From NCBI GenBank assembly GCA_002306085.1, contig DBRS01000017.1:1482-65481 (forward strand): a stretch of 64,000 nucleotides of DNA, read 5' to 3'. Numbering within the stretch: position 1 is the first letter of the stretch; every line of letters begins with the position of its first letter. This DNA comes from Candidatus Moranbacteria bacterium UBA1362. Lineage in GTDB: Bacteria > Patescibacteriota > Minisyncoccia > Moranbacterales > GWC2-37-73. The position numbers and the translations under genes are program-made. The notes under the pieces are model-generated. The model was not told where the DNA came from, did no database searches, and saw nothing but the letters and a program-made list of their open reading frames with translations. Of the stretch, positions 29,570 through 39,389 are shown in pieces.

Positions 29570-31309
29570 TCAGCTCACGCTTAATCCCTGCGGTGAAGCC
29601 GGAGCGATCTCATCTCCCGAAGTCGTTGCGCCTTCGATCCAATCAGGGTCTCCCAAAGCGTTTTGCAAAATTGAAACATCAGCAAGATTCAGGACTCCTT
29701 CAACCCAATCGTTATCATCTGGGTTTGTCGCTCCGATGTAAGAAGGGATCGTAACGTCATCAAGATACGGATGTCCGCTTCCGATTCCGCCGTTTGAAAT
29801 GGTGGCCGAACCCGACACCGCATGCTCTTCACGAGTGATATAGCGGCTTGATCCGGAAGTGCCGCTCATCAAATTGTCGATTCCCTCAGAGCTTGCTTTG
29901 CGATAATTGCCGGAAATTTGAGGATAATTTGTCTCCCAATTGGAAATGAGCCCTATATCCCTGTGTCCGGGCGCGACCAAGTCCGCATTCCAAACGTCAT
30001 TGTTATTGTCAGGACGATAAAGATAGTTGTTTTTAAAATGGAAATCGTTCAGATTAAGAACCGTCGAATCGTCATAATAAGAAGCGCAACCGGAATCACC
30101 GGTGTTACACATATAGTCCCTAAAGCCCACCTGCCTGTTCCGATCACTGTCTACAAAGTTATCGATAATATTGTTATAGGTCCAGTCTTTGCGAAATGCC
30201 ACATCTCCCGCAGGATCCCAAAAATAATACTTGTTGCTTGTCGTGACGTATGAAAGAGAATAGTGAAGCCTCTTTACGTAATTATTATATATGCATGAAT
30301 AGAGCGGAGCGTAATCTCCGGTATACCCCACGCTTATATGGCTGTCCGGAATTATATTGTTGTAAATTTGCGCCAGATCCTGATTGGTCTCTATCATTTC
30401 CGACCCCAAAACAAGATTATGATGGATCTTGTCGCCGAAATGCTTGCGTGATTCCGTGATTGTTCCATTCACGGCGTGCGGGATTATTGTCTGACCAGCC
30501 TTGTGTTTGAAAGCTCTCGTCGACCTGTCGGTTGTTTCTTTGAAAAGGTTGTATCTGACAATATTCCTTGCAATCAAAGAATTTTCATTATAAGCCCCGT
30601 CAGCCAAAACATTTGTTTTCGAAATGAGCTCATATGAAACCGCATAGTCGCTCAAAAAAACTATCTGCGCGCAATTTGTTCCCGCGGTATCGGACGCTCC
30701 ATTGGAATCAAAAAAGTTATATTCAATCACCGAATCCATCGGGACATTGGCATAGATTCCGGCAGGATTATCTCCGCCAGTACCGGCATAATTGTCGTGT
30801 ATGTAACAATACCTCACAGTAAATGGACCGCCGGAAAGAGCGATTCCGGCGTTAGTCCCTCCGGATATCTCCAGACGCTCAAATCTCCAATATTTGACAC
30901 ATCCCGGTCCGGGACATTGGTTTTGATATGCTCTTAGTCCGATGACGCACCAGTCTCCGGAGCCCTGAATACGCGCCCATTCGCCGGGATAGGATTGTAT
31001 GGAGCTATAATCATCGGCGGTCCCGTCAGCTTTTATTTCAAACGTCTCGCGCCCGTCTCCCGAACTCGCATAAGTTCCGCCGCGAAGGTATATGTCATCC
31101 CCTCCTGCCATCGCGTCAAGGGCGGCCTGCACGTTCACGTATGCATCGCCGTCGCTTCCGCCGCAATTTCTGGCAGCGGTTGAATAGTTGCCCGACGTGC
31201 AATTTGCCGCAAGCGTCTGGTCGACATAAATATTCGCCGCTTCGGATTTTCCGGCAAACGCAAAAACACTCAGCAACGCGAAAAAAAATAATATCTTTTT
31301 TTGGTTCAT
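29570..31309 (-). CDS. Secreted beta-helix-like protein with conserved C-terminal tail
   Basis: Sec signal MNQKK...SEA/A; IYVD, VQAALD..GGDDIYLRGGTY, IQSYPGE; beta-helix turns YCYIHDN, IEYNFF, IHHNL; ends DEIAPASPQGLSVS. Confidence 0.8.
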   Translation of the reverse strand: MNQKKILFFFALLSVFAFAGKSEAANIYVDQTLAANCTSGNYSTAARNCGGSDGDAYVNVQAALDAMAGGDDIYLRGGTYASSGDGRETFEIKADGTADDYSSIQSYPGEWARIQGSGDWCVIGLRAYQNQCPGPGCVKYWRFERLEISGGTNAGIALSGGPFTVRYCYIHDNYAGTGGDNPAGIYANVPMDSVIEYNFFDSNGASDTAGTNCAQIVFLSDYAVSYELISKTNVLADGAYNENSLIARNIVRYNLFKETTDRSTRAFKHKAGQTIIPHAVNGTITESRKHFGDKIHHNLVLGSEMIETNQDLAQIYNNIIPDSHISVGYTGDYAPLYSCIYNNYVKRLHYSLSYVTTSNKYYFWDPAGDVAFRKDWTYNNIIDNFVDSDRNRQVGFRDYMCNTGDSGCASYYDDSTVLNLNDFHFKNNYLYRPDNNNDVWNADLVAPGHRDIGLISNWETNYPQISGNYRKASSEGIDNLMSGTSGSSRYITREEHAVSGSATISNGGIGSGHPYLDDVTIPSYIGATNPDDNDWVEGVLNLADVSILQNALGDPDWIEGATTSGDEIAPASPQGLSVS

Positions 31310-31315
31310 TTTTAT

Positions 31316-31969
31316 TTAAATACTTTTGGATTTTTTCTTCCTCCATTTTTCAATTTCACCGTGATTCCCGGAAAGAAGAATTTCGGGCACTTTCCAGCCA
31401 TTAAAAATTTCCGGCTTTGTGTATTGAGGATATTCAAGATAACCTTCCTTGCTGTGAGACTCGATAAGAGGACTTTGTTCGTTGCCCAAAACGCCCGGAA
31501 TCAATCTTGCAATGGAATCAACAACAACCATTGCCGGAATTTCTCCTCCTGTCAAAACAAAATCTCCGATTGAAATTTCCTCGCCGGCAACATGCTGGGC
31601 AACTCTTTCATCCACTCCTTCATAACGTCCGCAAATCAAGATTAGTCGGTCATATTTGGAAAGCCTTTTCACATCTTTTTGTGTGAATCGCTTTCCCTTT
31701 GCCGAAAATAATATTGTTCTTGTTTTTTGGCTTTCGCCCTGCGATTTTATGGACTCTACAACTTTAGATATCGGCTCAACCTTCATCACCATTCCGGCGC
31801 CACCGCCATAAGGAGTGTCATCGACTGTTTTGTGCTTATCCGTGGCATAATCGCGCAAATTATGGACATTGATTTTCACCGCCCCAGCCTTTCGGGCGCG
31901 CTTGATGATGGACTCATTGAAGTATGAATCGAAAATTTTCGGAAAAATTGTTATTATGTCAAAATTCAT
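31316..31969 (-). CDS. trmD: tRNA (guanine-N1)-methyltransferase
   Basis: [46 protein letters not shown]. Confidence 0.97.
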   Translation of the reverse strand: MNFDIITIFPKIFDSYFNESIIKRARKAGAVKINVHNLRDYATDKHKTVDDTPYGGGAGMVMKVEPISKVVESIKSQGESQKTRTILFSAKGKRFTQKDVKRLSKYDRLILICGRYEGVDERVAQHVAGEEISIGDFVLTGGEIPAMVVVDSIARLIPGVLGNEQSPLIESHSKEGYLEYPQYTKPEIFNGWKVPEILLSGNHGEIEKWRKKKSKSI

Positions 31970-32083
31970 GCCAGATTTTAAAAATTTATTCTTAATTTTT
32001 AACCATAAATCAATTAAATTTTAGCATATTTCCATGCGCTTTGAAAGCTTGCAACTGTTTATGATTATAGCTAATATTATTGA

Positions 32084-33523
32084 ATGGAAATCGACAGCTT
32101 TAAACAATTTGAAAAATTCCTCGCTTCGCACGTGCCGCCCAAAGAGGCAGTTTTTAAGAATGACGCCGGAATAAAAAGAATGGGATATTTTATGAAGCTT
32201 TTGGGAAATCCCCAAAACAAAATCAAAGTTATCCATATTGCCGGCACTTCAGGAAAAGGATCGACCGCATATCTCACAGGCCACATCCTTTGGAGTCAGG
32301 GCTTTCGTGTCGGACTCTCGGTTTCTCCGCACATTCTCGACATCCGTGAAAGAATGCAAATTTTCGATCTGCCTAGAAAATCAAAACCGCAAGCAAGAGC
32401 AAAAAACACAAGATGCGCAAGCAACCTGCCAAGCAAGAAGCTGATTTTAAAATATTTCAGCGAGATACAACCTACCATCAAAGTTATGGGAAAAAGCAAA
32501 TACGGACCGCCAACTTTTTTCGAAATTTGCATCGGACTTGCTTATTATATTTTCGCGAAAGAAAAACTCGATTATGCCGTAATGGAGACGGGTCTTGGTG
32601 GAAAAATCGACGCGACCAACTGTGTTTCCCGCAGGGATAAAGTAGCCGTAATCACGAGAATAGGACACGATCATATGAGTCTTCTGGGAAACACGATATC
32701 GAAAATAGTTAATAAAAAATGCGGCATAATTAAAAATCAAAATTCAGTAATCAGCATAAGGCAGAAGGCGGCGAACATCATCAAAAAGAAATGCGAAGAA
32801 AAAAATTCCGATTTGTTTCTGCTTGATAAGAAAAATTACAAAATCATTTCTGCAAATGCACAAAAAACTGTCTTCGATTTTCAATTTTTCCCTTTTTCCA
32901 AAAAAGGAATTAGAGAAGCAGAAAAAAGAGAAAATTTAAAAATTAAAAACTTGAATCTTGGACTGATTGGAAAACATCAAGCAGAAAACTGTTCGCTTGC
33001 GCTTGCCTGCCTTTGCCTTCTTTCAAAACGCGACAGGTTCAAAATAAATGAAAAAAATCTTCGGAAATCGCTTGAAAACATAAATATTCCCGGCCGTTTC
33101 AACATTCTGAAATATTACGGAAAAAAAGTAATCATTGACGGCGCGCATAATAAACAAAAAATGGGTATTTTTACTGAAAATCTTTCGAAAATTTACTCTG
33201 GCAAACAGTTTGACTTTATTGTCGCGTTCAAAAAAGGAAAAGATTTTCGTTCTATGCTAGAAAAAATAGTTCCGCTCGCGGAAAAAGTATTCTTATCGTC
33301 CCTTTCAATCGTCAATGGCAAAAAGTCCGTTGACTCTGTAGAAAATGATTTGGTATCCAAATACCTCCGGATGAGAAAATTTGAGAATTTTAAAATCATA
33401 AAAAATAATAGAAAAGAAATCATAAGCGCAATCAAGTCATCAAAAAATCCTGTCGTAATCACAGGTTCCCTATATTTTATCGGCTCGATTTATCCCTATC
33501 TTATTAAAAATAATCCTTCTTAA
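32084..33523 (+). CDS. folC: Folylpolyglutamate/dihydrofolate synthase family protein
   Basis: IHIAGTSGKGST, SPH, TFFE, ETGLGGKIDATN, IGHDH...LGNT, PGRF, DGAHN, TGSLYFIG. Confidence 0.92.
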   Translation: MEIDSFKQFEKFLASHVPPKEAVFKNDAGIKRMGYFMKLLGNPQNKIKVIHIAGTSGKGSTAYLTGHILWSQGFRVGLSVSPHILDIRERMQIFDLPRKSKPQARAKNTRCASNLPSKKLILKYFSEIQPTIKVMGKSKYGPPTFFEICIGLAYYIFAKEKLDYAVMETGLGGKIDATNCVSRRDKVAVITRIGHDHMSLLGNTISKIVNKKCGIIKNQNSVISIRQKAANIIKKKCEEKNSDLFLLDKKNYKIISANAQKTVFDFQFFPFSKKGIREAEKRENLKIKNLNLGLIGKHQAENCSLALACLCLLSKRDRFKINEKNLRKSLENINIPGRFNILKYYGKKVIIDGAHNKQKMGIFTENLSKIYSGKQFDFIVAFKKGKDFRSMLEKIVPLAEKVFLSSLSIVNGKKSVDSVENDLVSKYLRMRKFENFKIIKNNRKEIISAIKSSKNPVVITGSLYFIGSIYPYLIKNNPS

Positions 33524-33530
33524 AGATACA

Positions 33531-33559
33531 AAAACCCTCCGACTAAATCGGAGGGTTTT
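33531..33559. terminator. Bidirectional intrinsic terminator
   Basis: AAAACCCTCCGA-ctaaa-TCGGAGGGTTTT between convergent folC and khpA. Confidence 0.85.
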
Positions 33560-33576
33560 CAAAATTCAAGTGAGAA

Positions 33577-33918
33577 TTATATGCTGCCAATCACATCATC
33601 AATGCTCTTTTTGTCATTGTTTGATTCGGCAGGTTTTGCCGACCTTTCGCCTCTTGTTGAACCCTCAGGTTCATTGATTTTGAGGTTAACGCGAGCATTG
33701 TTTCTTGCACCGATCACTCTCAAAATTGTGCGAAGGGCTTTTGCGGTCTGACCTTCCCGGCCAATTACCATTCCCATGTCCTGAGGATTTACATCCAGCG
33801 TAATGAGAACGCCCATTTCATCAATTTTTCTCTCAACCTTCACATCGTCAGGATTGTCGACGAGCGCCTTGACGGCAAACTCCAAAAATTCCTGATCTGT
33901 GGCTCTTTTGTCTGTCAT
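33577..33918 (-). CDS. khpA: KH-domain RNA-binding protein KhpA (YlqC family)
   Basis: KALVDNPDDV, DMGMVIGREGQTAKALRTIL. Confidence 0.92.
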   Translation of the reverse strand: MTDKRATDQEFLEFAVKALVDNPDDVKVERKIDEMGVLITLDVNPQDMGMVIGREGQTAKALRTILRVIGARNNARVNLKINEPEGSTRGERSAKPAESNNDKKSIDDVIGSI

Positions 33919-34006
33919 AAGAGTACTTCTTTAATTACTGATTAAGAACCGAGAAGATAGGATGAAGCAGTCGACCAAACCGTTTTCATCGATCTTCCAT
34001 ATTATA

Positions 34007-34046
34007 ATTATAGTCTATTTTTCATATTTTGTCAAACTTATCCACA
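34007..34046 (-). promoter_or_regulatory. Consensus sigma70 promoter of khpA with adjacent DnaA-box-like 9-mer
   Basis: TTGACA (34035-34030), 17 bp spacer, TATAAT (34012-34007); TTATCCACA at 34038-34046. Confidence 0.8.
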
Positions 34047-34065
34047 ACCGCATCAAGCTTTGGCG

Positions 34066-35481
34066 CTAATTCTTCCTTTTTTTGAATAAAGTTAATACTG
34101 TTTTAAGACAAATCTGAATGTCCAACCAAAGAGACCAATTTTCAATATAATAAACATCCAACTTATACTCGTCTTCAAATTCAAGATCGCTTCTACCGGA
34201 AACCTGCGCCATACCTGAGACTCCGGGCTTTATCGTAAGAAGACGCCTGTGATATTCGTTGTATTTCTCCACCTCTCTTTCCTGGTGTGGACGCGGCCCT
34301 ATAAGACTCATGTCTCCCCTTAAAACATTAAAGAGTTGGGGAAGCTCGTCAATGGAATATCTCTCAATAAACGTTCCGACTTTCGTCTTCCGGGGATCAT
34401 TTTTGATCTTATATAACGGTCCCTGTTTGATGGAACGTTCGGCAATCAATTTTTGCTCAAAATCGAGCGCGTCTTTGAGTTTTTTGTTTTCCCTTGTCAC
34501 GCAATATTCCCATTTCATGTAGCGAAACTTGTAGACGAAAAATTTCTTTCCGTCACTGCCGATTCTTTCGTTTTTATATATTATCGGACGGCCGGTTTCA
34601 ATCCATATCGCCAGAGCCGTGATAAGCATTACCGGAGACAAGATTGCTATCAGTATGGCTGATGCGACAATGTCAAATGCTCTCTTGAGTATTCTTCCCC
34701 ATCCCTCGAGAGGAGTGTGCTTTATTTCTATGATCGGCTCTCCGCCAAAAATTCCGGTTTCGAAGCGCGCGGTCTGAAGCGTCGTCGGAATAAATTTGTA
34801 TGCAATATTGTTTATCGCGCAGTAATCTATGAGCTTCTCCTGTTCAGCATCCGTGAGCGAAGGATCACACACTATTATTTCATCGACACCTCTTTGCTCC
34901 TTTATATCCTTGATCGCATGAATGCTTGCGCTGTCTATGTGTTCCACTATTCTGTATCCAAGCTGCGGATTGCCGCTGATCGTGTCTATCAGCCTGTCTA
35001 TTTTCCCGTTGCGCCCGACAAGAAGCAACCTATGCACTCCAAGACCTTTCTTTTTTAGGAGCCATTTTTGAGCTTTTTGAAGCAGATAGCGCGCGGTCGT
35101 CACATACAGAACCGCCAAAAGCCATCCCGACAAGATTATGAAACGGGAAGAAAACCATTCTCTTTTGAGAAATATTGCAACAATTATCGCAACAAGACCG
35201 ATTGAAGTAGCAGAAAAAATCTTGAGCGATTCCTTCCAAAATCTTCTGGTCACTCTTAGATCATAGAGGCCTTCCAAGGCGTATATCAATATGAAAAAAG
35301 GAATTATCATTGAAACAACGACAAGGTAGTCGTTGAACGGAAATTTATAAAGTTTTGGCTGCAAAGTAACAACTTGCGGAATGTCGCGGATTGCAAATGC
35401 GCTGATGGCCGCAAGCATTATCATTGCCATATCAAGCGGAACTTGTATGGCACTGAAGAATAATTCGGATCTTTTCTTCAT
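34066..35481 (-). CDS. Polyprenyl-phosphate glycosylphosphotransferase (WcaJ/WbaP-like priming sugar transferase)
   Basis: N-terminal TMs, KRAFDI, YKFR, DPRKT, DELPQLFNVLRGDMSLIGPRP, KPGVSGMAQV, DVYYIENWS. Confidence 0.92.
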   Translation of the reverse strand: MKKRSELFFSAIQVPLDMAMIMLAAISAFAIRDIPQVVTLQPKLYKFPFNDYLVVVSMIIPFFILIYALEGLYDLRVTRRFWKESLKIFSATSIGLVAIIVAIFLKREWFSSRFIILSGWLLAVLYVTTARYLLQKAQKWLLKKKGLGVHRLLLVGRNGKIDRLIDTISGNPQLGYRIVEHIDSASIHAIKDIKEQRGVDEIIVCDPSLTDAEQEKLIDYCAINNIAYKFIPTTLQTARFETGIFGGEPIIEIKHTPLEGWGRILKRAFDIVASAILIAILSPVMLITALAIWIETGRPIIYKNERIGSDGKKFFVYKFRYMKWEYCVTRENKKLKDALDFEQKLIAERSIKQGPLYKIKNDPRKTKVGTFIERYSIDELPQLFNVLRGDMSLIGPRPHQEREVEKYNEYHRRLLTIKPGVSGMAQVSGRSDLEFEDEYKLDVYYIENWSLWLDIQICLKTVLTLFKKRKN

Positions 35482-35587
35482 ATAAACTGCGATTATAAAA
35501 CACTAATCAAACCACAGACAAAAACTAATGAAAAGCTTAGTTTTTAATGCCAGTACTTGCTTCTTTAGTGTTTATCCTTTGAGAAAC

Positions 35588-36014
35588 AAATCATCAAGAC
35601 AACCTGTAAGCCGGATTCTGTCATCGTGCCTTGCGCGAACAAAGCACGGCGGACAATCATTTATCTTGATCTACCGTTGCCGGCAGATTCCAGCGGCACT
35701 CCCCGATAAATCGGGGCACGGCCTTGCACCACGCAGGGTTTGCCATCTTTCATTGTCGCCAATGAAGAACTTCCGTAGCAAAAGTATTTCGCTAATCAGC
35801 TGATAGAGCGAAAACTTGCACACCGAAAAACTTTTCACCTTTGCCCGACGCATGGCGTCGGATAGTATAGTCTCTGTGGCACTTTCCCTTCTGCGATGTC
35901 GCCATCGCAGCGGTGGGCATTACCCACTGCGCATAATCCCGACAAAACGAGAATGGTGTCCGGACTTTCCTCTCCACCCAAAGCGGAGCGATTGCCCGGT
36001 TGCCTTGATGATTT
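35588..36014 (-). ncRNA. rnpB: RNase P RNA
   Basis: Minus strand has GAGGAAAGUCCGGAC, AGUGCCACAGA, GGUGAAA, GGCAAACCC, GCAAG, AGAUAAAUGAUUG and ACAGAAUCCGGCUUAC; P1 helix is AAAUCAUCAAGGCAACC/GGUUGUCUUGAUGAUUU. Confidence 0.95.
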
Positions 36015-36057
36015 ATTCTTCAAAGAACCGACTATTGTATTATACCACAACCGGTTA

Positions 36058-36086
36058 AGTATATTAAAAAATCCCATTTTTGTCAA
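36058..36086 (-). promoter_or_regulatory. Sigma70 promoter of rnpB
   Basis: TTGACA (36086-36081), 17 bp spacer, TATACT (36063-36058). Confidence 0.7.
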
Positions 36087-36137
36087 TAGGAAACACTAGA
36101 AAAATGCCTAATATAAGGGAAATTTGGCAAGCCAACC

Positions 36138-38021
36138 TCAATTTTTGTCTCCAAAATACCATTCATAAATCTCTTTCGTGGCTGGAACGGCGCTTGAATT
36201 CCCGTCGCTTTCACCTTCGGAAAGAATCACCAATGCGATTTCGGGGTTGTCATATGGCGCGAAAGAAACAAACCATCCATGGGTTTTGTCTTCGGATCCG
36301 AATTGCGCGGTGCCTGTTTTTCCGGCAACCTCCACCGGCAAGTCTTTAAGTGATTGCGCAGTGCCGTCCGTGACAGTTTTTCTCATTCCTTCCTTGACTA
36401 CATTGATAAAATTTGCAGAAGCAAATCCACTCCGAATAATTTCCGGCTCAAGTTCGATTGTTTCGCCGCTGTTTTTTTTGATTTTAGAAACAATACGAGG
36501 CTTATACAGCGTTCCGCCATTGGCTACTGCGACAACATAGTTGGCAAGCTGAAGCGGAGTTGCTGCCACATATCCCTGTCCGATCGAAGCATGATAGCTG
36601 TTTCCTATGGTCCACCTTTCGCCGATCTTTTCTTTTTTCCACTGCTCATCGGGGATAAGCCCTTCGCTTTCTCCACCGATATCAATGCCCGTTTTTTCTC
36701 CCAGCCCGAAAAGATTGTACCACTTCTTCATTCTGCTTATGCCGAGTCCCTGAATATTTCCATATCCACCTCCGATGGTATAGAAAAAAATGTCATTGCT
36801 TTCAGCGATTGCGGTTCTGACATCGCTGGGCCCGTGCACTTTCCAGTCCCCGAAAGAATAACTTCCAATTCTGAGAACTCCTCCAAGTCCGTCTATTATC
36901 GTCGAAGGTGTTATTACACCTTCTGAAAGAGCTGCTACGGAAATTATGGGTTTTATCGTGGATCCCGGCGGATATTCTCCCGAAACAGCGCGATTGAAAA
37001 GCGGTTTGTCCGGATCCTGAATGAGCTTGCTATATTCTTCTCCCGATATTTTTTTCGCAAAAAGATTGTTGTCAAAGCTTGGCAAATTTACCACCGCCAA
37101 AACCCCGCCATCTCTTGGGTCTATCGCGACTGCGGCTGCCGTTTTCGTTCCGGTTTTCTCAAGTATCGCATTCAGGCTGTCATATATTTTTTTCTGCAGT
37201 CCGCTGTCAATGTTAAGAATCAAATCATTTCCGGGTTTCGGATGAATTATACCAACCTCACGCTTCATGTTTCCCATGGAATCGACCTCAATCTGATTGG
37301 CTCCGTGAACGCCCCTCAGATGCTGCTCATATGATTTTTCGATTCCCTGTTTTCCGATATAGTCGGTGAGCAGATAGCCTTTGTTTTGCTCGAGTTCTTT
37401 CTTTTCAATCTTCCCTTCATATCCCAGCACGTGTGAAAATATGGCGCCGTCTATATATTCCCTGATAGCCGTCTTCTCTATTCCGATTCCGGGAAGTTCA
37501 ACCGCCTTTTCAAGAAGCATCAAAGATTCATCTTGAGATATGTTTTCCTTTAGTAAGACAGTGTTGAACGATTTCGACATATTGCTTTCCAACGCTATGC
37601 GCACTTCTGCCTCGTTCATCCCGAGTATCGACGAAACTTTGTTTGATATTTTTTTCAACTGCGCGCTGTCGCGCGGAATGTCACCAGGCACAATCACCGC
37701 ATCGATGCTCGGAACATTATTGACAAGCGGAACATTGTTTCTGTCAAAAATTCTTCCCCTCGGAGCTTTCATGACGACAGACCTTATGCTGTTTCCTTTT
37801 GAAACTTCCCTGTAATATGCACCTTTTATTACATTGAGAAAAATCACCCGGAACGCGAGAACAACCATAAGAAAAATCACCAGCCAATACAAAACATCAA
37901 ACCATTTTTTTTGGAACGGCTTTTCCATCCTGGCAGCCTCCTTCTCGGTAGCAGTCAGCACATAATCCTCTATTTCCAATCCGGATGGCATCTTGTTCGT
38001 TTTTCGAGCACCTTTAAACAT
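36138..38021 (-). CDS. mrdA: Penicillin-binding protein 2
   Basis: APRGRIFDRN, GKQGIEKSYE, YPPGSTIK (SxxK), SND, GKTGTAQ; follows mreBCD. Confidence 0.93.
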   Translation of the reverse strand: MFKGARKTNKMPSGLEIEDYVLTATEKEAARMEKPFQKKWFDVLYWLVIFLMVVLAFRVIFLNVIKGAYYREVSKGNSIRSVVMKAPRGRIFDRNNVPLVNNVPSIDAVIVPGDIPRDSAQLKKISNKVSSILGMNEAEVRIALESNMSKSFNTVLLKENISQDESLMLLEKAVELPGIGIEKTAIREYIDGAIFSHVLGYEGKIEKKELEQNKGYLLTDYIGKQGIEKSYEQHLRGVHGANQIEVDSMGNMKREVGIIHPKPGNDLILNIDSGLQKKIYDSLNAILEKTGTKTAAAVAIDPRDGGVLAVVNLPSFDNNLFAKKISGEEYSKLIQDPDKPLFNRAVSGEYPPGSTIKPIISVAALSEGVITPSTIIDGLGGVLRIGSYSFGDWKVHGPSDVRTAIAESNDIFFYTIGGGYGNIQGLGISRMKKWYNLFGLGEKTGIDIGGESEGLIPDEQWKKEKIGERWTIGNSYHASIGQGYVAATPLQLANYVVAVANGGTLYKPRIVSKIKKNSGETIELEPEIIRSGFASANFINVVKEGMRKTVTDGTAQSLKDLPVEVAGKTGTAQFGSEDKTHGWFVSFAPYDNPEIALVILSEGESDGNSSAVPATKEIYEWYFGDKN

Positions 38022-38024
38022 TTT

Positions 38025-38540
38025 CTAACTTTCTATCTTAAAAAATTCTTTGCACTTTTTGATGACAAAAAACCAGAAGAAAAACAAAACGAAATTATGC
38101 GCGAGTTGCCAAACAATGCCGGCTGGTGAAGCAAAAATTTTCCAGAATCCGTTCAGTGAAAGATTTCCCCATGAGTTAACAAGAAAAAGAATTATTCGCG
38201 AAAAAATTGTCACCGAAACGACAAAAACAATAAATAAAACAATTCTGACGCCTTTCGATTCCATCGTGAAGCGTCTTGAAAAAAAACTTACAAAATAGAG
38301 CACCGGGAGAATGACAAGCACATGCATCCCGATCGGAGAATAACTTATAATGTCATACAGCAGTCCCAGCAGGATAGCCCAGGGGAAAAAAGCGAAGAAG
38401 CCGTCCAGGATTGACCACGCGAGTGCCGCCATAATAACCGAATCACCCGGCATCTTTGTTTCCGTTACTACCGGAATGACGCTTGTCTGAAACAAGATAG
38501 CAATCAAACCTATGAATATGTAGACTAACTTCTTTTTCAT
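38025..38540 (-). CDS. mreD: Rod shape-determining protein MreD
   Basis: Multi-TM 171-aa protein with GLLYDI..SPIG, located between mreC and mrdA. Confidence 0.8.
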   Translation of the reverse strand: MKKKLVYIFIGLIAILFQTSVIPVVTETKMPGDSVIMAALAWSILDGFFAFFPWAILLGLLYDIISYSPIGMHVLVILPVLYFVSFFSRRFTMESKGVRIVLFIVFVVSVTIFSRIILFLVNSWGNLSLNGFWKIFASPAGIVWQLAHNFVLFFFWFFVIKKCKEFFKIES

Positions 38541-38576
38541 GGGCTTCCTGTTTTATGGAAAAATGCCGATGTTTGC

Positions 38577-39389
38577 CTATTGCTTAACTCCCTTCACGAC
38601 GAAAACTATCTTCAATTTTGAAGGCTGAATGGGTGAAATCACGATGGCTTGTTGAAAAAGATGATCGTCCGACGGACGGACTTCCTGCACTTTTCCGACA
38701 TAAAGGCCGCGCGGAATTTCTCCGCCTATCCCGGAAGTCACAACATTGTCGCCCGCTTGAATCGAATCAGTCTGCAAAACCATATCAAAAATGATTCCAA
38801 GCCCGTATTCTCCTTTGGCAACACCCTTCGAACTGTTTTCAAGAGTCATTGCGTTCACCGCACTTGTGGGATTAGTCAAAAGAATTACTTTGGAACTTTT
38901 CAGCCCCACATCCTTAATTTTTCCGACCAAAATACCTTTGGAAACTATTACGGGCATCCCTTCGGTCATCCCATCTTCGCTTCCGCGATCTATTTCAATC
39001 CAGTTTCCGGAATTACCCGGATCCTCGCTGACTATAAATGCGGGAACAAGATCGTATCGCGCGCGCGGAAGAAGATTCAGTTGTTCGCGAAGAAGCTCAT
39101 TCTCGTTTCCAACTTCCTTAAGAGACGCGTTTTCCGCAACCAATTCCTGCTTTTCACGGATGAGTTGCTCATTTTCTTTCTTGATTTCACCGATAGAAGA
39201 CAGAAAATCCATTGTGTTTTGAACGTTCACCGAAAAAGAATAAAAAACTTTCTGAAAAGGTAAAGTAAAAACGCTTAATCCGGAACGGATCGAATTGGAT
39301 GCGGAAACCGGATTAAAATAGACAATCAAGCCGAAAATGGCGGAAGCGACCAGAACTACAAACAGTTTTGTTTTGGTAAATCTTTGCAT
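38577..39389 (-). CDS. mreC: Rod shape-determining protein MreC
   Basis: TM plus coiled coil; IDRGSEDG, GILVGK, GDNVVTSG, PRGLYVG. Confidence 0.93.
   Translation of the reverse strand: MQRFTKTKLFVVLVASAIFGLIVYFNPVSASNSIRSGLSVFTLPFQKVFYSFSVNVQNTMDFLSSIGEIKKENEQLIREKQELVAENASLKEVGNENELLREQLNLLPRARYDLVPAFIVSEDPGNSGNWIEIDRGSEDGMTEGMPVIVSKGILVGKIKDVGLKSSKVILLTNPTSAVNAMTLENSSKGVAKGEYGLGIIFDMVLQTDSIQAGDNVVTSGIGGEIPRGLYVGKVQEVRPSDDHLFQQAIVISPIQPSKLKIVFVVKGVKQ

Noticed and set aside
30274-30281. Single TTACGTAA inside the beta-helix gene
   Set aside because: An isolated coding occurrence with no partner at 12 bp; expected by chance.
35528-36099. Several short ORFs on both strands
   Set aside because: They overlap the RNase P RNA gene, which explains the region.
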